64,000 bases of DNA from Raillietiella orientalis (taxonomy: Eukaryota): NCBI GenBank assembly GCA_036172245.1, contig JAYWIR010000039.1, positions 1,178,001 through 1,242,000 on the forward strand. The letters are read 5' to 3'. Within the stretch, counting starts at the first letter, position 1. Each line of letters begins with the position of its first letter. The notes under the pieces were generated by a model. The model had not been told where the DNA came from. It made no database searches and saw only the letters and a list, made by a program, of their open reading frames with translations. This document shows, piece by piece, positions 49,776 to 62,960 of this stretch. Position numbers and translations under genes: made by a program.

Positions 49776-52700
49776 TCCAGCGCTGGCTGCCTTTCGGGAG
49801 CCATTGTGGACAGTGGAAATTCTTCGCTGCGTTGAAACAACAGGCGAGTTCTCGCAGTGATCATCCGCGACCGAAGGCATTTTGATCGTCGGAGCCTCTC
49901 TGGAGGCCGCAAAGATTTCGCGAGGGGCTTCATTCAACCAATGGGGGGTGGTCCAGATTCGTGGACCATTCCGGTTGTCTGAGAATCTTGGAGGGGTTGA
50001 TGAAAACGTTGGAAGGAACCAATGCCCAGCGTGTTGCTTCACAAGGAACCGAAGAGAGCGGTGCGATGCGCACGTCTTCATTCCGTGACGGTGATGTGGA
50101 AGGCTCGCGGATCGATAGGGATGGACCCACCGAAGTAGCCGCTCTAACGATCCTCATCAGATTGGGCTTTCGGATTTGGTTCCACGGTTTAAACCATCGG
50201 CAAAAATGCTGCCACCAGCCCAGGCGATGCAGCTGCAGTGCTGCGGTGGCCGCGCCTGCTTGCTGACTGCACATGGACTGCTTCACTGAGTGGGATGCGG
50301 TTCACGTAAGAAGCGACTGTTGGCTGAAGAACGAGATTGCCTTTCGCGTGTACGTGTGCGTGTGTGGTTTCTTTTTCTTGTTGTTGCTTTTGCTGGCATT
50401 CTGGCTATTCCTTCGCGGCTTCCAAATATGAAGACAAACTTGGAAGCAGAGAGAGATGGAGGATGCTTTTCTCAGATTGTCATCTATGATGGCGCGATGG
50501 CGGTCGCCAACCTATCGAATCAACCCATCGCTCCACACTTGTACCGGAACTTCAAATGCTCCCAGGCTGAGACGAGGCCAAAGTCTGCTGCGAATCCGCA
50601 GATCGACAGCCTCGCATTGGCTGATTTCGTTCTGTACGGCGACATCTGGGGAGTTGAGGTAAAGTTGACGGTCAACAACGGATGTCACTGGGGTGCCAGT
50701 AGAATTGCAGATTGCTTCCGAGATCTGTTCGCGTTCGTACAAGGACGGACCCCTGCTGACTTTCCCCGAATCCAGTCCCTCTGATTTGCCCTCGGAGGCT
50801 CTACGATACGAACGAGTGGCTTCTGTTTGCAGAGAATAAGTCTCGGATGTGACCTAGCCTCGTTCTAAAGCGGAATTCCAAAACTATTCTCCAGTAAACT
50901 CTTTCAGAAGATACGTGTTCTAGATGTTTCGGCAATGAAGTTATTGCTATCATGGCATTCTCTTGTTTGCGCCCTCCGATGCCGGAAACCTTTTTTTCCT
51001 CCGTCGGTGTGAATCCCTGCTAATCATATTTTATAGGATATTTGAAGAGTAGGTGATGTGAAGCTGCAGGGTGCAGCAGCTTTTCGGCGATGACCTTGTT
51101 CTTGGAACGAGTGCTTGTTCTTGTTCTTGGACCTTATTCTGGGTTCTTGCAGCCTCACTCATTCAAGGATGCGCAGCTTTCTATGACGAAAGGAGAGCAG
51201 AGATCCTCAAGTGAGGATGACTATACAATTCTGCATGAGATGAAAAAATTCCCGGATTCATCATGCTCATCATGCTCGATTTCTAGAGTGGAGAGGTCAA
51301 CGGAAATCTGAGGAATGCTGACACAGAAACGAATGAGTTCTCCCCTCTGGTATTTCCAAAACTTCCATAGTAGTCTTGAGATGTCTGCGGAACGATTCCA
51401 GCTGGGCGAGTTCTCCTCGGTGTGGACTCCGTTTTTCTCTTGGCTGATTTTCGCTTCACTGCTTGTTGCTTTCTCATGCCGAATTTTCATCCTGGCAACG
51501 CAATAGAGGAATCCTCTTTCTGGGGATTTCACAACTGCATCAGCTGCCACATTTCCCCAGGAGCACCTCCGTCGTCCAGTAGCCTTTGCAAGGGACAGAC
51601 ACTTCGTACACTTCGGTCGTTGCGTTTCCGATCAGCCTTGTCGAGAAAAATGAATGGCGAGGTGATGGTCAGATTTTCGTTGCGCAATTTCCCAGGTAAC
51701 CTAGCGCAAGAGATGGATATCAGGTTGCGAGATCTACAAAGGATCAGTAAGATTTTTTAGGATGCCAGCGATGAAGCCGAGAGAAATAAGTGCCTTGGAA
51801 GTACATACGAAAGCCCCACGTTGACATCGTAGTACCTGTAGCCGTGCTTGCGCAAGACATGGCTTCTTCTTCTTCTTCCACAGAGCAAGTGACGTGGTTT
51901 GCTCCTCTGCAGCGACCCCCCATCGCCGCGCTTCAAAGCAAAGTCCTAACAATTCAAGTGACGTCAAGCAATTCCAGAGCGGGAATAGGGATGATCTTTT
52001 CGGTTTCGTTGATTTGCAGGTCGAACCCGTGACGCGATTCTCTGGGAAACATCAAGGTCGATAAGGGCTCCGCACTGTGGATCAGAAGACAGGAAATCCA
52101 CTGGTACACCCGATCGGAAACTGCTCCTCTTCTAAAACACAGTTCAAGTAGTCCTTTGCTTCAGGAGTCCCTGAAAGAGAGTTCCAATGAGATATCGAGA
52201 AAGGTGGTAACGAGACCCCAAGGAGGAACAGTGCCCTGCTACTGCCATCCTAAAAGGAGTCATACAGAAAAAAATAGGCTCAGGAATTGCAGCAGAGTGC
52301 CCGCCTGGATTCATCTCTTCAGCCTGAAGATGGGGATGTTGCCTAAGTGAGTGGAATGCCCACCGGCCCCTAGCAATCCCATCTCCGAAAGAAAAAAAGA
52401 ACGCACTTGACCCGCCAAAGTGATACTCAGTGCCTTGGACTTTCCATGCAGAAACTATGAACAAAGTGTCTGTCGAAATGCGTGATCGTTGTGACTGTAT
52501 GGAAGTTGTCAAATGAATTCACCCGAACGCTGTTCGGATTGGGGAAAGCTGAGATGCTAAGGGTAGAGTGAGGCTCGAGGAACCGTTCGACCTCGTTTGG
52601 TGCAGCTCGAATGTGCCCAACAGACATCGAGAGCAGACAGACAGGGACTCCTCCAGAATAAGCCTCGGAGAAAACTTTCGTTTCGACGCCCCCTTTCTCA

Positions 52701-53304
52701 GCTCCGCATCCGTCACCCGTCTCTGTGAATTGGAGGGATGAAGACGGGGTCAGGCGAGCTTCCCCAGTCATGCGCTAGGAGCTGCCTGCCCCGTTTTTCC
52801 GCACAGCTCAAACAGCGAAGAGAAGATTCCCCCTCAGTCTGGGGAAGACCGCACAATAGCGAGACTTCTTTGCCTACGAACCACCAACATTTGTTGCTGT
52901 TGCTGCTGATGCAGTTGAAACGAAGGACGCTTTTCGTGAAATCGGGGAAACTGACGGGTAAAACGCGGACATCGTGAAAAGAAACCTTTTGCGAGAATGG
53001 AAGTTGTGGATGACGGTTTGACGACGAAGGAAAAGTCATTGAATTGAAGGGATCCATCACTCGTCTTCGACACACACACAGAATGCGTGCTGCCGGTCCG
53101 TGGGAACATCGGCGTCGCATCGTCGCCCGTGAAACACCCGACGGCACAACGACTTTCCGAAGAGGCGCAGAGACTTCTCTTGTTCCATGACCCCACAGCG
53201 TCTTATTCCCCATCGCCCCCATCTGCATCATGAGTGCGGCTTCTCGACCCAAAGTCTCTTCGCAAATTCTCGATTCGCTCGCGTGCGCAAGAAATTCTTC
53301 TCAA

Positions 53305-54655
53305 CCCTTTATAGCCCGACTTTGAAGTCACATACAAATATTTCCATATCTTATTGATGTGCTTTATTTTTTACCGCAAGGTGGCGTACACATCTTGTTG
53401 TATAGCGTCTCCTTGGTGACGGATGTCAACTCGAACCCGAGAGATCGAGGTAAATGTGCTTCTGCGAGCTGTCCGTAGATAAAAGTTGTGCGAACCATCC
53501 TCTGCAGTTGTTGATGTTTTTTGTTCTGTCGGTCTTTTGGTAAACAAGAAAAGGCCTACTTAATAGCTCTTGTTTTGTGTATCAATGATCTCTCATTTGT
53601 TTCCATTGAGACAAACACTTTGTTATTATTTTCACGTGATACAGCTTTGTGTCTTTGAGCCATAAGGGTAGGATGCGATGTATTTGCGTTGGCACTTTCC
53701 ATGCTTTCCTTTTTATTTCTATATATTGGAGGCCTAAAGTATGAATACCGAAGCATATAAAAATAGAAAGGTAGTAAGAATAAGTGGTAGCATCAGCGGT
53801 AATGGATCCGTGGATTCTTCATTAGAATCTGACTCGGACGGAGATCGGCCAACAGAGTTTATCCGACGACGCATAAATATTATCGATAGGGACGCTGAAT
53901 TGAGTGGGGAATGATCATCAGATGATGAAAATTCAACATCACAAAGAATTTCTTGGCAATCCGTATCCCATCCGAAAAACAGTCTTCATCGTCTTCCTTG
54001 AAAAGGAAATTGTGCTGAAGATCCTGAAGCGCCCTACTCTCCTATGACCCATTTCCGAAAATGATTTGATGAGGAAATTATGAGTAATACAGTTGACCAT
54101 ACCAATACAAATGCACTGCAAGGTGATCCAGAAAAACCAATACGTGTTTCGTCTAACGGAATAGGACAATTCATTGCAACTTGTTTATGCCAAGAGCGAA
54201 AAGGGATTCGTAGGAAAAGAGGACGCCCTATTTCAACTACTGTAGGTGAACAGTTAGGAGAGGAGAAGAAAAGGGGAACAAATGCAACACTTCCAGTTGA
54301 AAACGTGCGAAAAGGTGGAATTACACGCTGGCCAGTCTTTTCGGATAAGAGGGGACGCTGAAAAAAGCCGGGATGCAAAGGAGTTCCAAAAACAAAATGT
54401 TCAAAATGCAACGTACATCTACGTTTAACGCCAAATACAAACTGTTTTATGGAATTCCATAGTTAAGCTTTTATATACGCAAAAGTGCAAAAGTTGTACG
54501 CCGTCGTAACCCCAAAGTTACAGGGCACATTCGTTATAACAAAATCATTTAAACTACCGAACTCATTATTAATATGTAATTAGAAGTTGATATCTGTTAA
54601 TTTCACGTTAAATAAATTTTTTCCATGGCCGTGAAAAAAATTCGGGCTTGAGGAT
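53305..54655 (+). mobile_element. Internally deleted non-autonomous piggyBac (PGBD3-like)
   Basis: TCAA-CCCTTTATAGCCCGA left end vs degenerate TCGGGCT right end. Subterminal inverted pair GGCGTACA (53383) / TGTACGCC (54495). N-terminal PMTHFRK*FDEEIMSNTVDHTNTNA...IGQFI is fused to C-terminal KRGRP...VRKGGITRWP...GCKG..KTKCSKCNVHL...NCFMEFH. AT-rich. Confidence 0.85.
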
Positions 54656-55599
54656 TGCTGCTTCCGTTGCCGTCGGAAAGGTTGATCTTCCGGCTAAGGT
54701 TCGTTTCGACCATTCCTCGCGCACCTGCCGCCTCTCTGAGAGTGGTCAGCTGATCCGCTCCTCCCTGCCTGAACGTTTCCAGATAGCCGTCTCGACCAGG
54801 AGCTGACCCCGGCACACTCCGGAGGCGACCTTTCCTGGTCAATGGATGGAATTCCTCCCCCGGATCTTCCAGTTTCCGGGTTGCTCTTACCGCGGCAACT
54901 TCCGCCGCGGGACACACAGACCCGTGGGTTTCGAGAAAGAGCGCGCATCTGCGTGTCTTCCGCGTTCGACCAAGGCACAAAAAAAGGCAAGGCTGCTCCA
55001 CAGCTTGGTGAAGGCTGAGGGGGAATCTTTTCGCTGTTCGACCTGTGCATAAGAACGGGGCAAGCAGCTTCTGGCGCACGACTAAGGAAGCAGACGCTCC
55101 TGATCCTGAAGCAACTGCATCATGCAGACGCTCCTGATGGTCGCAGGCTCCATGGTGCTGAGCGTCATGGGTGAGGATCCTCCTGTCAGTGGGCGGGCAG
55201 GACCCCTGGTCAGCTCCCTCTCCTCCTCTTTTCCTATACCCTGCTCACTGACCCTGCTGGCACGACCATAGACTTTGTCCAAGTGGGCAGGTACGACGAG
55301 CTGGTGCTGAAGTTCCTGATCGCCCGCCTGAACAACACCTCGCCCAACTCCACCTATGCATCCTGCGGGAGCGCGCGGCTCTAATCCATGCACCTCGCCT
55401 ACGATCCAACTCTGAGGACCTGCGACCTGCCCTGGATCGGAATGGTCTTCGGCTGACCGTGTCTGTTCGCCTCATCCCGTCTTCATCCCTCCAATTAACA
55501 GTGACGGGTGACTAGGAGGCGTCGAAGTTTTTCCCGAATGCGCCGCATCCTTAAGGACACGGACGTGGGCGCTATCAGAAGAAATGAGGATCAACCCTC

Positions 55600-55730
55600 T
55601 TCAGGAATCTCGTAGAGAACGAGGAAGAGGTTCCTTTCGGAGACAACCAAGAAGAGGGTTTGCCCTTCTAAGAGTCAGGGAGGAACGGACTGCATTCATT
55701 GGGGTGGTCCCTTCGGGGATTTGAGTTCCA
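55600..55730 (+). mobile_element. SINE family A internal fragment
   Basis: CGGAGACAACC...AAGAGTCAGGGAGGAACGGACT..CATTCAT.GGG matches 56775-56870. Confidence 0.65.
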
Positions 55731-55749
55731 TGAACCCCCGAAAGACTCT

Positions 55750-57130
55750 GAAAGTCCTCCCCGTATGTGGTGGTACCGTGGGACATAGTCGAGGAACGCC
55801 TCTAAGAGGCGGACGGTTCTTGAGTATCTTAGCGCTATCAAGAGAGTCAGGATGTTCTTCTGCTTCTGCACTGGGAATTCCGGTGCAATCAGCGCAGGCG
55901 CCTGGTTTCCGGGAAGTTGCCTCCCCAACCTGTTCCTGGCAACGGAACCGCTCCCGTGCCTCCTATTGGATTTCGGTGTCCTGGAAGACATGTGGAGGAG
56001 CTCGACATCCCTTCGGCTCTCCATCGATCGCAGGACCTCCCCCGCTTCGGAGTTGCTGCGACGACGCTTTGCCACGGAAGGCAGGTTCTACGGCGGATCG
56101 CATTCGCGCCATGGTGACATCACGTCATGGATCGGAGTCACGTCCTCAGTGGGAAGAGGCCACCAGCATGGCAGCCGCCTTCATGGGGATGGCTGCAAGG
56201 TGGTCCCATCTGCCAGAAGACATCAGTGAGATTGCCGCCATATACAGTCGCCTCTAGAAAGAAAGGAACGAATAAGACCAAAGACCCCTGTTCCTACCCT
56301 CCCGTCTTTTTTTTCCCTTCATTTATTATCTTCTCCTTCCCGCTCCGGATTTCGGCCTGCGCGTGGCGTCAAGAGTTGTGGCACTTTTCCACGACGAGAA
56401 ATGGGTCCGTTGTCGTGGGTTTTGATTTTCCCCTGCAGGATGGCGCTGGCTGGCCTCAGTTGGCTTCGGACACGGTACTGGTTGAAAGCCGGAAACCAGA
56501 CGCCCCACTGACGTTCCGGGATTCCGGAGTCCTCCCAGGAATCAAGGAGCATGCTCCCTTCGGGGTTCTCTACTGGTTGTGAAAATGGAAAGGGGGGCTC
56601 CCTCCTGGTCGCGTTGTGTTGGGTTTCACGGAGGGGTGTGTTGAAATCTTTCTTGAGTGTAAGAAGTGCGTTGCTCCTTCGGAGTGCTCTTCAGAAGTGT
56701 GGAACACGGAACGGCTCCCTTGCGAATGCTCTCTGGATTAAGAATGAGGGGTGGTCCTCTTAAGGGATCTCTCCGGAGACAACCCGGGCGAGGGTTCCCT
56801 TCAGAGTTCCCTCCCAAGAGTGAGAGAGGAACGGACTCCTCCGGAACCCTTCCTGCATTCATAGGGTAGTCCCTCCCGGAACACCTTCTAACTTGAAGGG
56901 TTGAGACGCACCCTCGGGTGGCGCGGACAGTGCTCAAGAGTTTCGTGAGCTCCCCTTAAGGAGGAGAACGATTCTTCAGCACTCCGCGGACTTCCGTAAC
57001 GGTCGGCCTGAGTGCCTATGGTCACCCCCAATGAACTCCTTTTAGGGGGGCCTCTTGTATTCAAGGGACACTTTTCCCCTCTGGCATGAGGTTTATTTTT
57101 TAGATAAATGTCCCGGCGTTACCGGGTAGA
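55750..57130 (+). mobile_element. L1/Tx1-like LINE 3' remnant with a SINE inserted in its 3' UTR
   Basis: LLHWEFRCN (~LLHWGLPCN), TEPLPCLLLDFGVLEDMW (Zn motif remnant), terminal ATAAATGTCCCGGCGTTACCGGGTAGAAA. Confidence 0.7.
56340..56985 (+). mobile_element. SINE family A copy with degenerate head
   Basis: GCAGGATGGCGCTGGCTGGCC core, CCAGGAATCAAGGAG, CCCTTCGGGG, ending TTCTTCAGCACT. Confidence 0.85.
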
Positions 57131-57359
57131 AATCGAGAGAGTTTCGCCTTCCCTTCGCCTTCCCTCCCTAGAAGGGCTTTCTGGACAACCATCGAGCTTC
57201 CCCGCTGCCATGTTCCCTGACCCCTTCTGTCTTCTGCCGGCACCACCTTCGTGGCGAATTCATCTGGAAGACCACTCCTTTGAGGTAGCAAGACCATCCT
57301 CAACATCCGGTGCCACCATACGGCCGAAAGACACAATCCTCAATACCACAGTCCCGAAA

Positions 57360-60300
57360 GTTCAAAAGCCTTAAAATTACAATCCTGAAAGATAGAAATC
57401 CCGCAAGTACAATTCATAATGCACTGATGAATTTTCGTCTGCGTACATACACAGGTACATTGCGAGTTATAAACAGGTACAAACTGGAGGTAAACAGGAC
57501 GAAGTCGTTGATCATATTCTCGGACTCGTCGCGGGCAGGACGGTCGGACTGGATCCGCTTGGGGATCCCCACGGGCTGGTACATCAAGTACCTTGGCGTT
57601 CCGTTGGCGGACTTCTGCGCTGCAGAAGCCTTGTTCGACCGTCTTCAAAAGGTGGAGTTGGCGATCGGCCCGTTCCGGGACGGCAAGTTTTACTTGCAGG
57701 AACGGGCCGCGGTGTGGAACGCTTTTGCGGCCTCCCTCCTTCACCCCCTACTTTTTGTGTGCCCGACCCTTCCCAAAATTAGGACACGGACAAGGAGCCT
57801 CATCAGGAAAGCCCTTTGGGGTAACCGGAGGCCCCGCGTCCGCCTTAAAGACTTGTGCGCTCCACGCAGGGACGGTGGACTTGGTCTGCTTACGTTGGAG
57901 CCCATGGAGCGTCAGCTCCAAATTAGGAAACTTGCCCTTGTGGCAAAATATTGGACAGCACCATGGTGTGCGCCCACACGACTCCTTGCCCACAGGGCAA
58001 CCGGCTGTTACGGATTGACCTCAATCCTAGTGGCTAACGACCGTAGCCTTAACCATTGTGGGTTTCAGCTACGGGACCTGGTTGCCCTGGTGAGGGACAA
58101 CCCGTGGATCTCCTGCATCCCCGCGGACTGGACTACCTGGCTACAGGAGTCCGTTCCCGCGTGGGCTAAAATCAACGGCTCCAGCGACGTGGACTTCTCC
58201 TGCCTCCGTCGAGGCAGGTACGCTGGCCAGCCCCTGCGGGAGATCGCTTCCAACCCACGGAAACTTCTGTGGGCTTCATTCATCCCCCTTGCCCCCGTGC
58301 TGCCCTCCCTCAGGGAAGCTAGGGATAGCCAAGAGGAGGCATCGTTGGAAGTGTCCTGCCTCATCGGAGGCAGGAAAAAACTGATGAAGGCGTGGACGTC
58401 CCGGGAACTAGCGGACGTTACAACCCCGAGTTTCCCGCCAAATGGAATTGTGCGTTCGGGCGAGCTGCTCGATATGCCTCCGGAGGAGGTGAAGTGGCCC
58501 CCGGCGTATTGGGACAATGGCACCCTCCCCCTAGAGTGGCAAGAGATGTCTCTGCTTGTGCTCCATTGGGGACTCCTTTGCTGAGCACGCCTATTCCACT
58601 GGACTTTAGAGAGTTTTCACCCAGTCACGCCGGGGCGTTTATTAAAAAAACAGTACATCTGCGGTACTAGGCCCCGCTACAGCCAATAGTTCCTGGGACC
58701 TGCCAGGAAGCTGGTTCGCAGACCGGCTTGACTCTCTTCGGCAGCGAGGGAGGGGGGGGGGGGGGTAAAACAAAAAGAAAAATAAATGGAATAACAAAAA
58801 GAAACTATTTGGAGGGCCGGGAAGGGATCACAGCCCGCTGGAGGAAGAGACCATCCTTTCCAGGATGCCCTCGAGGTCCCTCGTCATAGCTCCCTGATGG
58901 GGCCTGCCGGTCGCGATTCGCAAGTAGCGACCCGCGTGTACGATGGGGTCCCTGTCGCTGCTTCCTCTGTTGGCGGCGCTCCAGGTGGCCACAATCCCTC
59001 GGAGGCAGCAGAGCGCTGCCAGGGTTGAGGCTGGTGGCAGGGCGTCTCGCACGAAGAGGAGTCTCAGAACGTCTCTGGGGGTACTGCCGACCGGCATAGG
59101 GAGGGTCGTAGCATAACGTTCCCACAAGGGCTGGAGGGCAGCGCAGTCCACTAACAGATGGGGGAGGGATTCCTTCTCCCCGCACACTGCACAGTTCTGT
59201 CCCACGTTCCCCAACGTCCAGTGGTGGCAGCGCGCGTTGCAGGGAAGGCCCCAGTGCAACAACAACAGCGCCGTTTCCTGCCACTTGAATGGGAGGGTGG
59301 GTGCGTCTCTGAATAATGGGGGCCACTTTAGCTTATCCAACGGGATGCCAAGCAGCTCGCCCCATCTCCGTATTCCATGCGGGTGAACGCTTGGGGTTGC
59401 GGCGTCTGCCAGTTCCCTCATTGTCCACCCGCTTAGATCCTTCTCCTTGCCCGCTATCCGGCAGGAGACTTGCCATCTCGGCTTCCGGCTATTTTGAAGC
59501 GCCCTTCGTAGGAAGGGCAGCGCTGTGGCCAGTGGGGTCGTCTCCGCTCAAGTGCTTCTGGCGGGACACACGATCATGTTCCGCAGCGTGCAGCGGGTGT
59601 AGATGCCGGTGCGCATGCGGTTGCAGGATTCTCCACTGATTTGTTTCAACTTTGCCCACGTTCCAACTGTTTCTTCCAGCCATGCGCTGGGGTTAGCGGG
59701 GCTGCAGGCCATCCACCCGTTCTTCTTTGCCAGGGTGGCCATGCGTCCCAGGAGAAGTCCGCATCTTCTTATTTTCCGGCCGGAACATAGAAGAAAAGAC
59801 GCGAGTCCTTCAGTCCCGGACACACGTCTGGCGAGAAGGCGGGCTGGAACGCCCCAAGGGGTGTTCCACATTTTCGCTGCGATGGCTATAGTGAGCCACC
59901 GCAGCTGTGTTTCCATTCGCTCCATCGTCAGGACACTTAGACCTTCGTCCCGACGTGGAGCGCACAAATCCTTTAAAGGCACACGAGGCCTCCCGCCGCC
60001 CCACAGGGCGATGCGTAGGAGGTCCTTTGTTCTTTTTTTCAGTTCACGGGGTACGGGGCAAACAAAAAGCAGAGGGCGAAGGAGAGGGGCCGCGGACGCG
60101 TTCCACACCGCGGCCCGTTCCGGCAAGTGAAGCTTGCCTTCCAGGAACGGGCCGATCGCTGACTCCACTTTTTGGAGACGACCTGACCAGGCTTCTGACT
60201 GGCAGAAGTCCCCCAACGGAACACCGAGGTACTTCAAGTACCTCTCCGTGGGGATCCCCAGGCGGATCCAATCAGGTCGTCCTGCCCACTTTGCACCAAC

Positions 60301-61034
60301 CGCAACCAGCGACGACTTCGTTCTGCTCACCCGTAGTCCTGTCCCACGGCTCAGCAAGTCGAAGAAATCTTCGACTGCCGGACTTTAGGGAGTGTGGATG
60401 CCCACTGTGCAGAGTGCGGGGAAAGGGAGACCTTCCCCCACTTAATCATCGAGTGTGTTGCCCTCCGTCAGATGTGGGATCGACTCTCGTCGATCCTGAA
60501 CATTCCGGTGGGCAACCCGAAAAACATTTTTCGACGCCTCCTGATGCGGGACGTCATGACAGCCTCAGGGTGTGTAGCAGTGCTCTGTTGCATACGCGGA
60601 ATTTTGGAAAAGTGGACTGCAACAAGGAGAGGACGGAGAAGTCGGAATGCCATCCACTAGGCAGCCATCTCTTTGGAGAAGGCTTCCCGTTGGCGCTGAC
60701 TAAGAAAACTTCTGCTGGCACTTGTTCGCATCCAAACCCGGATGCAGAGGCCTCCCCACGGCGTACCGTGATCCCTTCCCTTCTCTCCCCTCCCAAAAAA
60801 CATTGTCTCCCCAGGCGTTTTCTTTTTTTGTTTTTTTTCTGTTTTTCCCACCCTTGTGCCAGTGAAGAGGACCTTATCGGTCTAAGGGTCGGTAAGGACA
60901 GATGCCTCAATCCTGTGAAAAATTAACAGAAGTGTTCTTCCTGAATACTTTCAAGACAAGACCTTGTTATGGAATTTTTTTTTTTATTTATAAAAATTTT
61001 TAATAATGAAAGCCCCGGCTTACCCGGGTGAAAA
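57360..61034 (+). mobile_element. 5'-truncated L1/Tx1-like LINE (RT C-terminus, Zn motif, 3' UTR), split by a nested copy
   Basis: LEVNRTKS, IKYLGVPL, ALWG..RPRV...LCAPRRDGGLGL up to LHWG at ~58570. Resumes at 60380 with TLGSVDAHCAECGERETFPHLIIEC. Terminal hairpin at 61012-61030. Confidence 0.9.
58615..60379 (-). mobile_element. Nested antisense L1/Tx1-like LINE with 14-bp TSD
   Basis: TGLRVSRTKS, LKYLGVPL, LCAPRRDEGL, CAVCGEKESLPHLLVDC. Flanked by GGACTTTAGAGAGT (58601-58614) and GGACTTTAGGGAGT (60380-60393). Confidence 0.92.
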
Positions 61035-62229
61035 CCTCATTTTCGTATCACTGCCAACACTCGGCAAATGAAACTTCAACAGCATAATGAATTGTATTTC
61101 CAGTATTTCGAATCTTTGCGATTGTGTCTTTTAGGGATTACGAGCTGGACCGTTCGACATCATCTCCTCATCATTCTTTTCTCGCAGGATCTTGAGCAGA
61201 GAACCTTCGCTGTCTTCGGGAGTTCCTTTTTGCGGCTTCCCTCCCAAACCCCGCAGCTCTCGGGCCGCAGGTCCTCAAGGCATGACCGACGGAGAGGCCG
61301 AGCGAGGATCCCCTCACGTCTTCCGGACACCTGGAGGCAGATCGCGGGGGTTGCGCTTGTGTAGGCACCGCCCTGGTATCCTGAAATTTCCGCACTCGCT
61401 TTCAGTCCTGCAAAATCGGGAGGACGGGAGACTTCGAAAATGCTCCTGCTTTTTCCTTGAAGAGGGGGGGCAACGGCGGCTTTGCCTCGGAGCGGGAAAC
61501 GTGACGTAGCGTCCTCTTTCTCTGCCGCCGAAACGTGCAAGTAAGAGGCACTCCCTCACCAGAAAGGCAGCTACTCCCGCTAGCCCACTCGGCGCCACAA
61601 CCGCTTCCCACCAGCCGACCGCAAAAGCGAGGGTCTCCAGAATCGGAAGGTGCCTCCTTAACCCGTAGGTGCGGGCCTGGACGCGCCCCTTCCCCTCGGA
61701 AGGTGCATTCTGGCGCAGCAGGTGCTCAACTACGTCGTTCCCAGTGTTACCGGACTCCTCACCTAAATCCCCGACGGAGATGAAACGGAGGGAGGACCAG
61801 TTCATAGACAGGCAGTGAGATCGACTGCTCATCACGAACACGACTCCCGAGGATCTGAGTTGAGGTCGGGATCGAAGGAGAGGAACTGCTCCGCTGTCAC
61901 CGGTCGCGAACGGGTCTGGGCCACGATCTTCCGGAGTCTCCCTTTCGCGCCACCTCCTAGGGCCACCCGTCGCAGCTCACAGCAGCCGACCTCCTCCTCC
62001 TCCTCCTCCCTTTCTTCTCCTCCCCTCCCCTTCGCATCCTGCCTTTGCTCACGCAAGTGTCAGGGAGGATGTGGTCATCGAGGTAGGCACGAAGAGGAGG
62101 ACGACCCTTCCGAGACTCATCGGGAAGCTGAAGCTCCCCTGCGATGGCCTCTAGTGGGGATGAAGGACACTCTGCACCACAGCTAGGGGGCACTGGAACG
62201 TCCGATTACCAGACCAGGCACAAGGACGG

Positions 62230-62960
62230 GTTCCGCACCATCATCAGTCCCCGTAGAGATGGGTGCACGCGTGGGGAACTTCGAGGCTGGGAGCTGAGCC
62301 CGCCCAGCCTCCCTTCGCCAGACGAGCCGGGTCCATGCCACGCCCTTGGCGTAGCTCAGGAGCGGCGGGCGCCTACGGGAGGGGCATCGGGAGCGCAAGC
62401 CCTATCTTTCTGCCCGGACACGTGGCGGCTCCGCCACTCTCCGGCAGACGGCCGGACCCGAGGGTTCCTGAGGGCTCGCGACCCGTCGAGCAGTGCGGTC
62501 GTCGTTTCGGGGCACCGGATCGAATCTCGAAGACAGGGCCAGGAGCAGGAGCCTGGCACCAACCTCCAGGCTAACTCACTCAGTGTTGATGACCACAGAG
62601 ACTCTGTGCCCGCTGGCGTCAGCACGAGATGGCGCCATACCGCGATGCCGGAAGGGAGTTTCGTGCGTGCAGAGCACCGGACGACGTCCACGCACGTGGT
62701 CCTCCTCTTTCTTCGAGGATTCCCAGCCCAAGGGGGAGGAGATTCGGTCTGCGAACCTCGCGATCCGGCGGCGAAGAAAGGGCCGGATCGGAGTCGTCCT
62801 CTTCCGATCTCAGCGCGTCCCAGGAAAAGCAGCAGTCCTCTCGGGACGGCTGCTTCGTCGCCGTCGGTCGGAGACCCTTCCCTCGAGGAAGACGACCCGT
62901 CTGGTGCTCCCGAAACGCGTCCCGCGAGCATCAAGTACCTGAGAACACCGCCTGTCTCCT
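62230..62960 (+). mobile_element. Possible degenerate L1/Tx1-like RT remnant
   Basis: RGELRGWELSP (~RGVRQGCPLSP), LSFCPDT (~LFADDT), VSGHRIE (~SGYKIN), IKYLRTP, in order in ORF 62144-63472. Confidence 0.35.

Noticed and set aside
50700..52100. Minus-strand L1-like remnant
   Set aside because: Only faint hints (QDYYG, LCSPF); too weak to call.
57310..58584. Intact 424-aa gene or active LINE
   Set aside because: Lacks the endonuclease and YADD, ends in a frameshift/stop, and is interrupted by a nested insertion.
61400..61800. Another retroelement Zn-finger/RHN remnant
   Set aside because: Motifs (ET..VLFLC, RRHN) are ambiguous between clades and unsupported by flanking sequence.
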